DNA of 55,458 bases from Gemmatimonadaceae bacterium (lineage in GTDB: Bacteria; Gemmatimonadota; Gemmatimonadetes; Gemmatimonadales; Gemmatimonadaceae). The stretch spans positions 1 through 55,458 of the forward strand of contig JANOKE010000093.1 of assembly GCA_031419135.1 (NCBI GenBank). The letters are read 5' to 3'. Below the pieces are notes generated by a model that saw nothing but the letters and a program-made list of their open reading frames with translations, was not told the DNA's origin and made no database searches. The position numbers were made by a program, and so were the translations under genes. Shown here piece after piece: positions 29,131 to 39,781 of this stretch (positions are counted from its first letter, which is position 1; each line of letters begins with the position of its first letter).

Positions 29131-30042
29131 TCAGGAACGCCGTTCAACGATGAATCGGGCCAACTGCTCGAGTGGAGGTGTCAACAGGTGCTCGTCGGCC
29201 AGCGCCGAACAGCTCTCGTTTACCAACGCAATGGCCTTCGCGATGGCTCCCTCGATGCCGAGCAGGGCTGGATAGGTACTCTTATTCAGGTCGATATCAC
29301 GTCCGGCGGTTTTTCCCAGCTGGTCGGTGGTGGCGGTGACATCGAGGACATCATCGGCGATCTGAAACGCCAGACCAATTGCCGCCCCGTAGTGCGCCAG
29401 CGCCAGCCGCTGCGGTACGGTGGCGCGGGCGGCGCGCGCTCCAAGCGTCACCGACGCGGCTATCAGCGCTCCAGTTTTGAGGCGATGCACCCGTTCAAGT
29501 GCCCCCACGGTCAGGTGAACTCCCTCGGCCTCGAGATCGAGCAGTTGTCCGCCAATCATGCCGCCCCCCCCGGAGGCAATCATCAGTTCGCGCACGATGT
29601 CGGCCGACTCGTTGTCGGGGAGCCCCAGCGCTCGCGCGGCGTGCCAGGCGCTGCGCGCCGCCAACGGCACCATCGCGAGACCGGCCGCTGTGGCCACCGG
29701 TACACCAAATACACGATGCACCGTGGGGCGGCCACGCCGCACATCGTCATCGTCCATACAGGGGAGATCGTCGTGAACCAGTGAATAGGCATGCACCACT
29801 TCGACGGAAGCCGCGAGGTGGCTGGCGTCTCCGGTTCCGCCGCAGGCCCGATAGGCCTCTATCAGCAGAATTGCACGTAGCCGCTTGCCCTCTCCCAGCA
29901 AGGAGTATCGGATGGCGTCGGCCGTGTTGGAATCGATCTCCCCAAGCCAACGGGCGCAGAACCCGTCAAGCGCCATGTGCAGCGATTGTCGAGCGCCCGC
30001 GAAATCGCCGGAGAGCGACTCAACTCCTGTGGCAAACGGCAT
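29131..30042 (-). CDS. ispA: Polyprenyl (farnesyl/geranyl) diphosphate synthase
   Basis: GKRLR, SLVHDDLPCMDDDD.RRG, GQ..D, KTG and FQIADD. Confidence 0.92.
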   Translation of the reverse strand: MPFATGVESLSGDFAGARQSLHMALDGFCARWLGEIDSNTADAIRYSLLGEGKRLRAILLIEAYRACGGTGDASHLAASVEVVHAYSLVHDDLPCMDDDDVRRGRPTVHRVFGVPVATAAGLAMVPLAARSAWHAARALGLPDNESADIVRELMIASGGGGMIGGQLLDLEAEGVHLTVGALERVHRLKTGALIAASVTLGARAARATVPQRLALAHYGAAIGLAFQIADDVLDVTATTDQLGKTAGRDIDLNKSTYPALLGIEGAIAKAIALVNESCSALADEHLLTPPLEQLARFIVERRS

Positions 30043-30046
30043 GCGC

Positions 30047-30259
30047 TCAGCCTCCGAGCTCGGCCACGGAGAACGACCCATCGGCCGCTTCTACCAATTG
30101 CTGCACACGCGCGTCGACCTGCTGCAGCGCCTGGCCGGCTGACCGCAGGTGACCAATACCTTCTTCAAACAGCGTCAGTGCCTTATCGAGATCAAGGTCG
30201 GTGCGCTCGAGCTCACGCACGATGTCTTCGAGGCGCTGCACACTTTGTTCGAAGGTCAT
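30047..30259 (-). CDS. xseB: Exodeoxyribonuclease VII small subunit
   Basis: MTFEQSVQRLEDIVRELE..LDL..AL.LFEEG; ATGA overlap with xseA. Confidence 0.93.
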   Translation of the reverse strand: MTFEQSVQRLEDIVRELERTDLDLDKALTLFEEGIGHLRSAGQALQQVDARVQQLVEAADGSFSVAELGG

Positions 30260-31491
30260 GGCAACTCCGGCACGTACGAGCGAGGCAGTCCGGGCGGCAA
30301 CGGTCGGCTGTTGCCTGCCGCGGCGGATATGATTCCATCGCGGAGCCACACATCGAAGGGTGCTCCGACGAAAAACTGATCCCGACTGCTCAAGGTAGCA
30401 CCATCTGGACGCCGCGCCACGGCAAATCCACGAGCTAGCGTGGCGAGCGGCGAGAGCGCGTGCAAACGACCAGCCAGCGATTCCACACGCGCACGTCGAC
30501 GTTCCACCAGCCGATTTGCGGCGAGTGACAACCGTTTCTGCACTTGACCCAACGATGCCACCGCACGTTCCTCGCGTCGCTGCGCGGCGGCGGCCAGTCG
30601 CTTGCCCAGCGCATCCACCCGCGCGATCACGTCGCGCCGCGACGGCACAGCCAATTCCGCGGCCGCCGATGGCGTGGCTGCGCGCACGTCGGCAACCAGG
30701 TCGCATATGGTGATGTCCACCTCATGGCCCACCGCTGAAACGGTGGGAATGGAACACGCGGCCAACGCTCTCGCGACGCGCTCGTCGTTAAAAGCCCAGA
30801 GGTCTTCGCGTGCCCCACCGCCCCGCCCGATGATCAAGACATCGGCGCCACCCCAGCGGCCAACGCGTTCGATGGCCGCCACCAGAGACTCCGGTGCGCC
30901 CTCGCCCTGCACCTTCGCGGCGACGACGACAATCTGCACGTCGGCACTGCGACTGCGGGCGACCGTGATGACATCGTGCAACGCCGCACCATCGGGACTG
31001 GTGATGATAGCGATGCGACGCGGAAACGACGGCAGCGGGCGCTTCCGCGCCGGATCAAGCAAACCGTCGCGTTCGAGACGCCGTCGGGTTTTCTCGAGCG
31101 CCTTGCGCCATAAACCATCACCTTCGGCTTCGATGGCCCGCACCGAAAACTGGAGATCTCCGCGCACAGGCCAGACCGTCATCTGACCGAATGCCACCAC
31201 TTGCATGCCGTCGTCGGGGGTAGCCGGAATCTGTCGCTGCTGCGTGCTCCACACGACACATCGCACCTGCGCGTCGGCATCGCGCAACGCGAAATACCAA
31301 TGGCCGTTCCGATGCGCTTTGAAGTCGCTGATTTCACCGCGCACCCAGAGTGGCGGAAACGCGCCCTCCACGAGGTCCTTTGCCGCCGACGTCAGCATGT
31401 GGACGGCGATGGCATTTTCGGGTTCGCTGCCCGGCGGTCCGAGCGCTGCCGCTGGCGGAGGTCCATACGCATGTGTGCGCCGCGCCGACAC
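30256..31491 (-). CDS. xseA: Exodeoxyribonuclease VII large subunit
   Basis: GEIS, GHWYF, RGGG..EDL..FN, AVGHE.D and TPSAAAE. Confidence 0.96.
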   Translation of the reverse strand: MSARRTHAYGPPPAAALGPPGSEPENAIAVHMLTSAAKDLVEGAFPPLWVRGEISDFKAHRNGHWYFALRDADAQVRCVVWSTQQRQIPATPDDGMQVVAFGQMTVWPVRGDLQFSVRAIEAEGDGLWRKALEKTRRRLERDGLLDPARKRPLPSFPRRIAIITSPDGAALHDVITVARSRSADVQIVVVAAKVQGEGAPESLVAAIERVGRWGGADVLIIGRGGGAREDLWAFNDERVARALAACSIPTVSAVGHEVDITICDLVADVRAATPSAAAELAVPSRRDVIARVDALGKRLAAAAQRREERAVASLGQVQKRLSLAANRLVERRRARVESLAGRLHALSPLATLARGFAVARRPDGATLSSRDQFFVGAPFDVWLRDGIISAAAGNSRPLPPGLPRSYVPELP

Positions 31492-31495
31492 GGGA

Positions 31496-32392
31496 TCAGA
31501 CCGGACTGAGACGGTGCGCGCGCTCGGCGGCCCGCACGGTATTGCGCAGCAACATGGCGATCGTCATGGGCCCGACGCCGCCCGGCACCGGCGTGATCTT
31601 AGAGGCCACCGCGACGGCGCTCTCGAAGTGCACGTCACCGACCAGTCGCGAACCCGAGGCGCGCGTGGCGTCGCGCAGGCGATTCATGCCCACATCGATG
31701 ACCACCGCCCCAGGTTTGATCATGTCGCCGGTAATCATCTCGGCGCGCCCCGCCGCCACCACCAGAATGTCGGCGCGACGGGTATGCGATTTCAAGTCGC
31801 GCGTGCGGCTGTGACACACCGTGACCGTTGCATCGCCCCCGGCGCGCCCTTGCACCAGCAGGGCGGCCATCGGCTTGCCGACGATGTTGCTCCGGCCCAC
31901 CACGACCGCATCGGCGCCACGCGTGTCCACGCCACTGCGCCGCAGCAGTTCGATCACACCGGCTGGCGTACAGGATACGAAGCCGTCGGTGTGCCCAATG
32001 AGCAGCTTGCCCACATTCACCGGATGAAAACCGTCCACGTCTTTGTCGGGGCGAATGTACCGAATCACAGTGTCCGGATCGATCTGCGGCGGCAAGGGCA
32101 TCTGCACGAGAATGCCATGCACGGCCGCGTCGGCATTGAGTTGCTCAACGAGTGCCAATAATTCGGCTTCACTGGTTGACGCTGGCAGACGAAGTGTGGT
32201 GCCCGCCATACCGACCGCCGTCGATGCCTTTTCCTTCGCGCCAACATAGGTGGCACTCGCGCTATCGTCACCGACCAGCACCACCGTGAGGCAGGGCACC
32301 ACGCCACGGGCCGCGAGCGAGGAAACGTCGCGACGGACTTCGTCACGAATGGTTTGAGCAATCGCCCGTCCGTCGATGATTTCAGCGTGCAA
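31496..32392 (-). CDS. folD: Methylenetetrahydrofolate dehydrogenase/cyclohydrolase
   Basis: [22 protein letters not shown] and [11 protein letters not shown]. Confidence 0.96.
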   Translation of the reverse strand: MHAEIIDGRAIAQTIRDEVRRDVSSLAARGVVPCLTVVLVGDDSASATYVGAKEKASTAVGMAGTTLRLPASTSEAELLALVEQLNADAAVHGILVQMPLPPQIDPDTVIRYIRPDKDVDGFHPVNVGKLLIGHTDGFVSCTPAGVIELLRRSGVDTRGADAVVVGRSNIVGKPMAALLVQGRAGGDATVTVCHSRTRDLKSHTRRADILVVAAGRAEMITGDMIKPGAVVIDVGMNRLRDATRASGSRLVGDVHFESAVAVASKITPVPGGVGPMTIAMLLRNTVRAAERAHRLSPV

Positions 32393-33968
32393 AATCCACC
32401 GCCCGGCTCTCGCGGATCACCACCACTTTGATTTGCCCCGGATACTGCAACTCGGATTCGATGCGACGGGCAATCTCCTCGGAGAGTGCCGTCATGCGCG
32501 CGTCGTCAACCTGTTCCGGCGTCACCACCACGCGTACTTCGCGACCGGCCTGAATCGCGAACACGCGTTCGACTCCGCGATAGCTCGACGCAATCTTCTC
32601 GAGTCCTTCCAACCGTTTGACGTATGTCTCAAACGCTTCGCGACGCGCGCCGGGGCGAGATCCGGAAATCGAGTCACCCGCCTGCACCAATACCGACACC
32701 TCACTCTCGTGCGGCACATCATCGTGGTGCGCGGCAATGCAATTGACCACCAGCGGATTCTCGCCGTACTTCGTGGCGACCTCGACGCCCAGTTGCACGT
32801 GCGTGCCTTCGTGCTCATGCGTGAGCACCTTGCCGACATCGTGCAGCAAAGCCCCACGCTTGGCGAGGGCGACGTCCAGACCAAGTTCCGCCGCCATCAT
32901 TCCGGCCAGCCAGGCCACCTCCTTCGAGTGCGCGAGGATGTTCTGCCCGTAACTGGTGCGCCATTTCATACGTCCGATCAACTTGATCAGTTCAGGATGC
33001 AGACCCGCCACGCCCACTTCATAGGCGGCCTGTTCGCCCGTTTCGATTATGGCCGCTTCGACTTCCTTGCGCGCTTTCGCAACCACCTCTTCGATGCGCC
33101 CCGGGTGGATGCGCCCGTCGCTCACCAACTTCTCGAGCGCCAGCCGAGCCGTTTCGCGTCGCACCGGGTCGAAGCACGAGACGACGACGGTGTCGGGGGT
33201 ATCGTCGATGATTACGTCAACGCCAGTGGCAAGCTCAAAGGCGCGGATATTGCGGCCTTCCCGCCCAATGATGCGACCCTTCATTTCGTCGTTGGGCAAC
33301 GACACGGCCGACACGGTCGTTTCCGCGGTGACCTCGGCCGCCACCCGCTGCACGGCAAGGGCCACGATTTTCTTGGCCTCGCGTTCGGCGTTGCGTTTGG
33401 ACGATTCGCGAATCTCCCGCAAGCGATTCGCGGCGTCGGCCATGGCGGCATCCTCCATCCGCTTGATCAACTCGATCTTTGCATGCTCGGCACTCAGTCC
33501 GGCAACCTGCTCCAGTCGCCGACGCGCGTCATCCAGCAGCCGCTCGACATCCCCGTCTCGCACGGCCAGGCGCGCCTCGTGTTTGCCCAGCTCACCAACG
33601 CGCTGGTGCAGCCCCACCTCGCGCGTTTCCAACGACTCGCGGGCCCGATCCAGCTGACCCTCACGCTCGAGCACGCGCTTCTCTTCCCGTTCTACGTCGC
33701 CGCGTCGTTCACGCAGCTCATGCTCGAGCGATTCGCGCAGCTTGAGCAGTTGCTCCTTGCCCTCCACCACCACGCTCTTGCGGGTGGTCTCCGCTTCGCG
33801 GCGCGCTTCGTCAAGTATTCGAGACGACGTTTCTTCAGCCGTGGTCTTGGCTCGACGCTGCTCGCGGATCTCGTCCTTTCTACCGGTCTGACGTCCTACC
33901 AGATACGTGACGACAGCCGAGATCACTCCCAGGGCGCCAACAAGCGCCGCAACGGGAAAATCCCCCAT
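32382..33968 (-). CDS. rny: Ribonuclease Y
   Basis: N-terminal TM helix, coiled coil, KH motif [14 protein letters not shown] motif LLHDVGK and RPGAR. Confidence 0.96.
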   Translation of the reverse strand: MGDFPVAALVGALGVISAVVTYLVGRQTGRKDEIREQRRAKTTAEETSSRILDEARREAETTRKSVVVEGKEQLLKLRESLEHELRERRGDVEREEKRVLEREGQLDRARESLETREVGLHQRVGELGKHEARLAVRDGDVERLLDDARRRLEQVAGLSAEHAKIELIKRMEDAAMADAANRLREIRESSKRNAEREAKKIVALAVQRVAAEVTAETTVSAVSLPNDEMKGRIIGREGRNIRAFELATGVDVIIDDTPDTVVVSCFDPVRRETARLALEKLVSDGRIHPGRIEEVVAKARKEVEAAIIETGEQAAYEVGVAGLHPELIKLIGRMKWRTSYGQNILAHSKEVAWLAGMMAAELGLDVALAKRGALLHDVGKVLTHEHEGTHVQLGVEVATKYGENPLVVNCIAAHHDDVPHESEVSVLVQAGDSISGSRPGARREAFETYVKRLEGLEKIASSYRGVERVFAIQAGREVRVVVTPEQVDDARMTALSEEIARRIESELQYPGQIKVVVIRESRAVDFAR

Positions 33969-34100
33969 GAGATCTATGCTCCACCGCAGCCACGCGCGGA
34001 TTGAGTGTCCTTCGCATCACGCCGGCAAGCCCAATCCCGGAAACGCAGCGCGAACTGCGGCCGTTTCACGAGTCCGGCGCTCGACGCGCCCTATCAGGTG

Positions 34101-34129
34101 AACGTACGGAAATGCTTGCTACGCCGCAA
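34101..34129 (-). promoter_or_regulatory. Possible sigma70 promoter for rny
   Basis: TTGCGG, 17-nt spacer, TACGTT on the - strand in the zapA-rny spacer. Confidence 0.35.
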
Positions 34130-34135
34130 CCTGCG

Positions 34136-34447
34136 TTACCCCTGAGCGGGCTCTTCGCCACGTTTGGCCGGCGGCAGGAGTGGACGGATATCGGACGCCA
34201 GTTGCTTGATTTCCGCCGTCAGGGAGTCGGCGGCCAACCTTTCTCGGAAGAGGTCATCGGTGATCTGGAGCGCGGCGAGAATGGCCGCCTTGTGCGTTTC
34301 CACGGTCGCCCCTCCTGACAGAATGGCGCGAATCGTGCGATCGACATGCTCGGCGACCGCCTCCGTGTGCATCGTGGAGGCCTCGGTGCGCAGGGTGTAT
34401 TCCTCACCCACGATCCGGACCCGTACCACCGTCTTGTTGTCGATCAT
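34136..34447 (-). CDS. zapA: Cell division protein ZapA
   Basis: V.I.GEEY.L, VAEHVD and AILAALQITDDL; pheT-zapA-rny synteny. Confidence 0.85.
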   Translation of the reverse strand: MIDNKTVVRVRIVGEEYTLRTEASTMHTEAVAEHVDRTIRAILSGGATVETHKAAILAALQITDDLFRERLAADSLTAEIKQLASDIRPLLPPAKRGEEPAQG

Positions 34448-34824
34448 CGATCGGCTCCGCTGCTGAGCTGCTGCCGAAGAAACCGCACGCGATCGGCCAC
34501 CAATGCGGTGCGATCTCTGGCGTCGGAAAGCCGCGCGCGAAGGCGCTCGTTTTCCAGTGCGATCTCGCTGCTGGACCGCTCGGCATTGGTATTGGCCAGG
34601 TCTCCCACCGGCTTGCCCGCCCGGCTACTGTGGGCCGTTTCCGTTAACTGTCGGCGTGCGGCCTCTCCGGCAGCAACCCTTGCCTGAAGAACCGCCATTT
34701 GGTGCTCCAGTTCGCGCGACCGCGATTCGGCCGCCAGCGCTCGTCGGCGATAGCCGCTGAGTTGCTCTGTCAGCTTGCGAACGAGCGCGTCGAGCTCGCG
34801 GAAGGCTTCAACGTCAGGTCGCAC
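34444..34824 (-). CDS. Coiled-coil hypothetical protein (ZapB-like position)
   Basis: Heptad-rich sequence (LENERLRARL); overlaps both pheT and zapA. Confidence 0.7.
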   Translation of the reverse strand: MRPDVEAFRELDALVRKLTEQLSGYRRRALAAESRSRELEHQMAVLQARVAAGEAARRQLTETAHSSRAGKPVGDLANTNAERSSSEIALENERLRARLSDARDRTALVADRVRFLRQQLSSGADR

Positions 34825-37258
34825 GTGGACGGATTCCCAATTCCTTGTCGAGGATGTCCAGCAGGCGCGCGCGGCGTCCTTCGATTTCCTTCTCCCGCAG
34901 GGTGCGCTCTGGATGACGGAACGTCAACCGCCAAGCGAGACTTCGCGTGCCGGGCGGCACCCCGCTTCCTCGGAATTCGTCGAACAGGACGACGCGTTCG
35001 AGCAGTTCACCTCCGGTGGATCGGAGGGATGCTTCCACCGACGCGGCGGAAACGCCATCGGGCACGATCAGTGCCAAATCGAACTCAGCCGCTGGAGTTA
35101 CGGGTAGTGGCCTTACGCGAACGCCGGTGGTTGCCGACGCCGCACGCACTGCACCGCCGTCGTGGGCGTGCATTCGCGGCAGTGCCACATCGTCAGACAA
35201 CAGGACCCCCAAGCATATCTCGATCCCGAACGCCTCCGACGCCCACACCGGGCGATCGAGTGCGACGCGCTCAACCTGGCCCACATCACCGTGCCCTTCG
35301 ATCTGCAGGATCCACGGCGTGGACTCGGTACCGCCGTTGCACGTCAAATGCGCACCGGGGAACGCTGCCGCAACCAAGCGCTCAGCGATTCCCTTCGCGT
35401 CCCACACATCGAAGGCGGGTGGTTGAGGTTCCGTAAAATGCGCTGGTTGCCGGGCGCCCATCACCAGCACCCCGACACGCAATTCCTCTCGGGGCAAGCG
35501 CCCCGTGGATGCAACGAACGCGTTTCCGATTTCAAACAACCGGATGTTTCCCTGCATGCGCGACAGGTTGTACTCCGCGCGACGCGCCAGCGTATCCAGC
35601 AGCGACGCGCGCAGAAACGGCTCGTCGTCGGCCAGCGGATTCAACACGCGCGGCGTGTGCTCGGTACCAGTGGACGTAAACGGCATGGGGCGCGTTTCGG
35701 CCAGACCCAAGCCCACCAGCACGTCGCGCACCCGGCGACTCGCGAGATGTAGCGGGTGATCAGGCGTATTGCCTGGACGCGACGCACGCAACGTATCAGG
35801 CAGTGCGTCGTATCCAATCAGTCGCGCGACCTCTTCGATCAGGTCAACCTCACCCAACAGGTCGTGCCGCCACGACGGCGCGATCACCGACAACACCTCG
35901 GCGTTGACCACCGACACCGAGCACCCCAACGACTCCAGCCGCCGAGTCATCTCCGACACCGCGACGTCGACGCCGAGAACGCGCACCAATCGACTGGCGC
36001 GCAATGCAATGGGCGGGCGTACCGCTACCGGCACGCCAACTGATACCAACGGGCCCACGACGCCACCGGCCATCTGCGCAATCAACGCCGCGCCAAACAC
36101 GGCCACCTCGCGCAGTGCCGCCGCATCGACGCCACGCTCGAAGCGATAGCTCGCGTCGGTAGACAGTCCGACGAGTCGACGCACACGACGCACAAAACGC
36201 GGTTCGAAGTGTGCCACTTCGAGCAGGACGTTGCGCGTTGCCTCGGTGACTTCCGACGCACGACCACCCATGACGCCTGCCAGCGCCACGGGTTGGACCC
36301 CATCGCAGATCACCGTGGTGCCAGGCGGCAGCGCACGCGTGGTGCCATCGAGCGTCACAAGGGATTCGCCGTCCCGCGCAGGGCGCACCACGATGGTCGC
36401 GTCGGCCAGTGTGTCGAGATCGAACGCGTGCACCGGCTGCCCGAGGCCATGCAGCACGTAGTTGGTCGCATCGACCACGTTGCTGATGCTGCGTTGCCCG
36501 ATACTCTCGAGACGTTTCACCAGCCATGCGGGGCTTGGACCAACGATCACCCCGCGAATGACTATGGCCAGATAGGCCGGACAGCTCGTTGCATCGTCGA
36601 GGCGTACGCGCACGCCGTCGGCGGTTGCCGAGTCATGCCCCCATGTTTCGGCGAAGGTCGCCGCGCTGTGAACGAGATCGGTGATCGGCAGCGGCGTGGA
36701 AGACACACCGGCAATGGCCGCGATCTCGCGCGCGACGCCACGATGGGACAACAAGTCGGGCCGATTCGGCAACACATCCAGTGTGAGACGGGTGTCGGCA
36801 AGCGGCAGCACGTCGAGGAGTGGTGTGCCCGGCGCCGCGTCCGTCTCGAGCGTCATGATGCCGTCGTGCTCCTGGCCCAGTCCCAACTCGCGTGGCGAGC
36901 ACAGCATGCCGTTCGAGGTTTCGCCGCGGATCTTCCGTTTCTCGATTCGCAGGCCGTCCGGCATCAGCGTCCCCGAACGCGCGAACGGATACTTGTGTCC
37001 CGCCACGACATTCGGCGCTCCACACACCACGTCGAGCAGCGTGCCACTCCCATCATCAACTTTGGTGATCCACAGATGATCCGAATTCGGATGACGATCC
37101 GCTGCGACCACCTGCGCGATCACAAACGGCGTGAGCTCGGCGCCGAGACGTTCAAGACCGTCCAGTGTGACACAATGCCGACTGAGCAGCTCGCCCACCT
37201 GCCCGGCGCTCAGCCCATGTGGCACGAACTGTTTCAACCACTCATGCGAAACGATCAT
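34814..37258 (-). CDS. pheT: Phenylalanine-tRNA ligase beta subunit
   Basis: VCGAPN, PNRPDLLS, RFERG, DLIEEVARL.GY and FDX-ACB C-terminus; ATG 37258 overlaps the pheS stop. Confidence 0.97.
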   Translation of the reverse strand: MIVSHEWLKQFVPHGLSAGQVGELLSRHCVTLDGLERLGAELTPFVIAQVVAADRHPNSDHLWITKVDDGSGTLLDVVCGAPNVVAGHKYPFARSGTLMPDGLRIEKRKIRGETSNGMLCSPRELGLGQEHDGIMTLETDAAPGTPLLDVLPLADTRLTLDVLPNRPDLLSHRGVAREIAAIAGVSSTPLPITDLVHSAATFAETWGHDSATADGVRVRLDDATSCPAYLAIVIRGVIVGPSPAWLVKRLESIGQRSISNVVDATNYVLHGLGQPVHAFDLDTLADATIVVRPARDGESLVTLDGTTRALPPGTTVICDGVQPVALAGVMGGRASEVTEATRNVLLEVAHFEPRFVRRVRRLVGLSTDASYRFERGVDAAALREVAVFGAALIAQMAGGVVGPLVSVGVPVAVRPPIALRASRLVRVLGVDVAVSEMTRRLESLGCSVSVVNAEVLSVIAPSWRHDLLGEVDLIEEVARLIGYDALPDTLRASRPGNTPDHPLHLASRRVRDVLVGLGLAETRPMPFTSTGTEHTPRVLNPLADDEPFLRASLLDTLARRAEYNLSRMQGNIRLFEIGNAFVASTGRLPREELRVGVLVMGARQPAHFTEPQPPAFDVWDAKGIAERLVAAAFPGAHLTCNGGTESTPWILQIEGHGDVGQVERVALDRPVWASEAFGIEICLGVLLSDDVALPRMHAHDGGAVRAASATTGVRVRPLPVTPAAEFDLALIVPDGVSAASVEASLRSTGGELLERVVLFDEFRGSGVPPGTRSLAWRLTFRHPERTLREKEIEGRRARLLDILDKELGIRPRAT

Positions 37259-38265
37259 CTGGCGAACTGCGAAAGGAAACGCACGTCGGAATCGTAGAGC
37301 AGGCGAATGTCGTTGATGCCGTAGCGCGACATGGCGATACGGGCGGGCCCCATGCCAAACGCCCACCCGGTGTACTGCTCGCTGTCGAGACCTGCGGCAT
37401 CGAGCACGTTGGGGTGCACCATGCCACAGCCCAGGATCTCGACCCAGCGCAATCCCTTGCCGTCGTTGAGGTCCACCTCGACATCCATTTGTGCGCCGGG
37501 TTCGACGAAGGGGAAAAACGACGGTCCGAATCGCACGCGACGCGACGCGCCATAGAACCGACGCGCGAACTCGGCCAGGGTGGCCTTGAGATCGACGAAG
37601 GAGATGCCTTCATCGACGGCCAGTCCTTCCAGTTGCATGAAGGCCGGCGCGTGCGTGGCATCGAAAAAATCACGACGATACACCTGCCCGGGAGCCAACA
37701 CGCGCACTGGTGGCGCGACCGTCTGCAACGTGCGGACTTGCACGGGCGACGTATGCGTGCGGAGCAGCGTGTGTTCGCCGAGATACAGCGTGTCGTGCAG
37801 CTCCATGGCCGGATGATCGGGCGGGAAATTGAGCGCACCGAAATTGTACCACTCGGTCTCGGCCTCAGGGCCGAGCGCGATAGTGAAACCGAGCTCACGA
37901 AAGATCTCGCAGATCTCATCGATCACGAGAGTGACGGGATGGAGCGTGCCCTGCCATCCATGCCGCGCGGGCATGGTGGCGTCGAACGTGTCGATCGCGC
38001 GGTGTGCGGACTGCTGCGCGGCGAATGCGTCCAGCGCGTCCTGGAGGGCGGTCTTGAGGGCATTGAACGCCGCGCCGGCGGCCCGTCGCTCATCGGGCAG
38101 CAGCGTGCGCAGCGCATTCTGCAGCCCGCTGAGTCGCTCATCCTTGAGTGTATTGAGCTGACCCTTCGCCACGTCAAGTCGCGTAGCGGAATCCAGGTTC
38201 GCCAGCAACGCCCGCGCGTCACGCGCGAGGGCATCGGCCAGGGCGAGGTACTCTGAGAGTTGCAC
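37255..38265 (-). CDS. pheS: Phenylalanine-tRNA ligase alpha subunit
   Basis: LRTHTSPVQ, FFPFVEP, EILGCGMVHP and GWAFGMG; start GTG 38265 assumed. Confidence 0.96.
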   Translation of the reverse strand: MQLSEYLALADALARDARALLANLDSATRLDVAKGQLNTLKDERLSGLQNALRTLLPDERRAAGAAFNALKTALQDALDAFAAQQSAHRAIDTFDATMPARHGWQGTLHPVTLVIDEICEIFRELGFTIALGPEAETEWYNFGALNFPPDHPAMELHDTLYLGEHTLLRTHTSPVQVRTLQTVAPPVRVLAPGQVYRRDFFDATHAPAFMQLEGLAVDEGISFVDLKATLAEFARRFYGASRRVRFGPSFFPFVEPGAQMDVEVDLNDGKGLRWVEILGCGMVHPNVLDAAGLDSEQYTGWAFGMGPARIAMSRYGINDIRLLYDSDVRFLSQFAR

Positions 38266-38311
38266 GAGATTATGGAAAGAGCCGTGATACGAGTGACATC
38301 GCACCGACGTG

Positions 38312-38351
38312 AAATACACAGGGCCGGCGTCCTGGAAGGCAGCCGGCCCTG
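38312..38351 (-). terminator. Intrinsic terminator after rplT
   Basis: 10-bp stem CAGGGCCGGC/GCCGGCCCTG followed by UGUAUUU. Confidence 0.6.
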
Positions 38352-38376
38352 CAACTGCGCACCGGCGCCGAGTGAA

Positions 38377-38751
38377 CTACGCGGCGCTCTTCGCGGCGTC
38401 GAGAGCCTTGCGCACCTGCTCTGCGATCGCTGCAAACGCATCGGGCTCGCGCACGGCCAGATCGGCCAGCACCTTGCGATCGATTTCGATTCCGGACGCA
38501 TGCAGCCCGCTGATGAACGCGCTGTATGACATGTCATGCAGGCGTGCCGCCGCGTTGATACGCACGATCCAGAGGCGACGGAAGTCGCGCTTCTTGTTCT
38601 TGCGATCGCGATACGCATAGCGCCAGCCGCGCTCCACGGTTTCCTTCGCGGCCTTCCACAGCTTGGACCGACCGCCAAAGGCACCCTTGGCGTGCTTCAT
38701 GATTTGCTTTTTCCGCTTGAGGCGGACGACGTTGGATTTTACGCGTGGCAT
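38377..38751 (-). CDS. rplT: 50S ribosomal protein L20
   Basis: [29 protein letters not shown] and DRKVLADLA. Confidence 0.98.
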   Translation of the reverse strand: MPRVKSNVVRLKRKKQIMKHAKGAFGGRSKLWKAAKETVERGWRYAYRDRKNKKRDFRRLWIVRINAAARLHDMSYSAFISGLHASGIEIDRKVLADLAVREPDAFAAIAEQVRKALDAAKSAA

Positions 38752-38763
38752 GGATCGATCTCC

Positions 38764-38961
38764 TTAGGCGAGGATGAGACGCTTGATGCGCTTCACTTCG
38801 CCATTCGTGGTCACGATGGTAGGCCGGCGCAGGTTACGCTTTCGCTTGGGGTCCTTCTTGGTGAGGATGTGGCTCTTATACGCCTTCAGGCGCCGGATCT
38901 TCCCCGATCCTGTCACGGAGAAGCGCTTCTTGGCGCCGCTGTGGGTTTTCATCTTCGGCAT
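38764..38961 (-). CDS. rpmI: 50S ribosomal protein L35
   Basis: [19 protein letters not shown] and HILTKK. Confidence 0.97.
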   Translation of the reverse strand: MPKMKTHSGAKKRFSVTGSGKIRRLKAYKSHILTKKDPKRKRNLRRPTIVTTNGEVKRIKRLILA

Positions 38962-39026
38962 GATACGCTCACGGCTACGGTAAACTGTCTCGGGTTCGAG
39001 CCAGGCCTTCATCGATCACGCGCTGA

Positions 39027-39545
39027 CTACTTCGGCGCGAGAATCATCGTCAGAGATTTTCCTTCCATCAACGGTGCGCTTTCGACCTTTGCCAGATCGG
39101 CGAGTTCGACCGACACCCGATCGACAACCTGCCGCCCCAACTCGGGATGCGCGATCTGTCGGCCGCGGAACATCAACGTCACCTTCACCTTGTTGCCTTC
39201 TTCAAGAAAGCGTCGCGCGTGGCGCGTTTTCGTATCAAAGTCGTGATCGTCGATCCCCGGACGGTACTTCACTTCCTTGAGATGGATCACGTGCTGCTTT
39301 TTCTTCGCCTGCCGTGCCTGCTTGGCCTGTTCGAACTTGAACTTGCCGAAGTCCATGATGCGAACAACCGGTGGCCGCGCTGCGGACGCCACTTCGACAA
39401 GATCCAGCCCTTGCTCCATTGCCTGAGCCAACGCCACGTCGACTTCCATGATGCCGAGCTGACTTCCGTCGGCGGCGATCACGCGAACGGGACTGATCCG
39501 GATTTGCCGGTTCACCCGTGGCGGACGCTTGGTCGAATCCTGAAT
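39027..39545 (-). CDS. infC: Translation initiation factor IF-3 (ATT start)
   Basis: RVNRQI, LDLVEV, PPVVRIMDFGKFKF, KEVK.RP.I and MFRGR; in-frame ATT at 39545, 8 nt after GGAG. Confidence 0.95.
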   Translation of the reverse strand: MQDSTKRPPRVNRQIRISPVRVIAADGSQLGIMEVDVALAQAMEQGLDLVEVASAARPPVVRIMDFGKFKFEQAKQARQAKKKQHVIHLKEVKYRPGIDDHDFDTKTRHARRFLEEGNKVKVTLMFRGRQIAHPELGRQVVDRVSVELADLAKVESAPLMEGKSLTMILAPK

Positions 39546-39570
39546 AGGCCGAACTCCGGTGAAGAGATAC

Positions 39571-39603
39571 AGAAAACGCGGACCCCTGTTAAGGAATCCG
39601 CGT
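39571..39603 (-). terminator. Intrinsic terminator / attenuator upstream of infC
   Basis: 12-bp stem ACGCGGAUUCCU-UAAC-AGGGGUCCGCGU followed by UUUCU. Confidence 0.75.
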
Positions 39604-39775
39604 CGCAACGACCAGCCGCCCGCACGTGCTGAAGCGCGTCGGGGATGATCGATTCGATGGACTCCAGCAGCACACCCCGGGAAATGCGCACATTCCACAT
39701 CAGGGGCCGACGGGTGGATTGGGCGTCGCTGCCCAACCGCTTCTCGGTTGTCGTACTTCAAAAACGACTGCTAAC
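39571..39775 (-). ncRNA. Candidate structured RNA (6S-like or infC-operon leader)
   Basis: Bounded by a promoter and a terminator; nested stems GCAGCGAC/GUCGUUGC, CCACCCGU/GCGGGCGG, GAAUGUGCG/CGCGCUUC and CGGGG/CCCCG. Confidence 0.5.
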
Positions 39776-39781
39776 CTGTGA

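Noticed and set aside
33969-34135. Possible 6S RNA in the zapA-rny spacer, a common ssrS location
   Set aside because: Only short local hairpins are present, with no convincing end-to-end rod or terminator; a promoter plus 5' UTR explains it better. Not tested with cmscan
39546-39761. Long N-terminal extension of IF-3 in the ORF track
   Set aside because: It crosses a terminator and a structured RNA; the ATT start fits better
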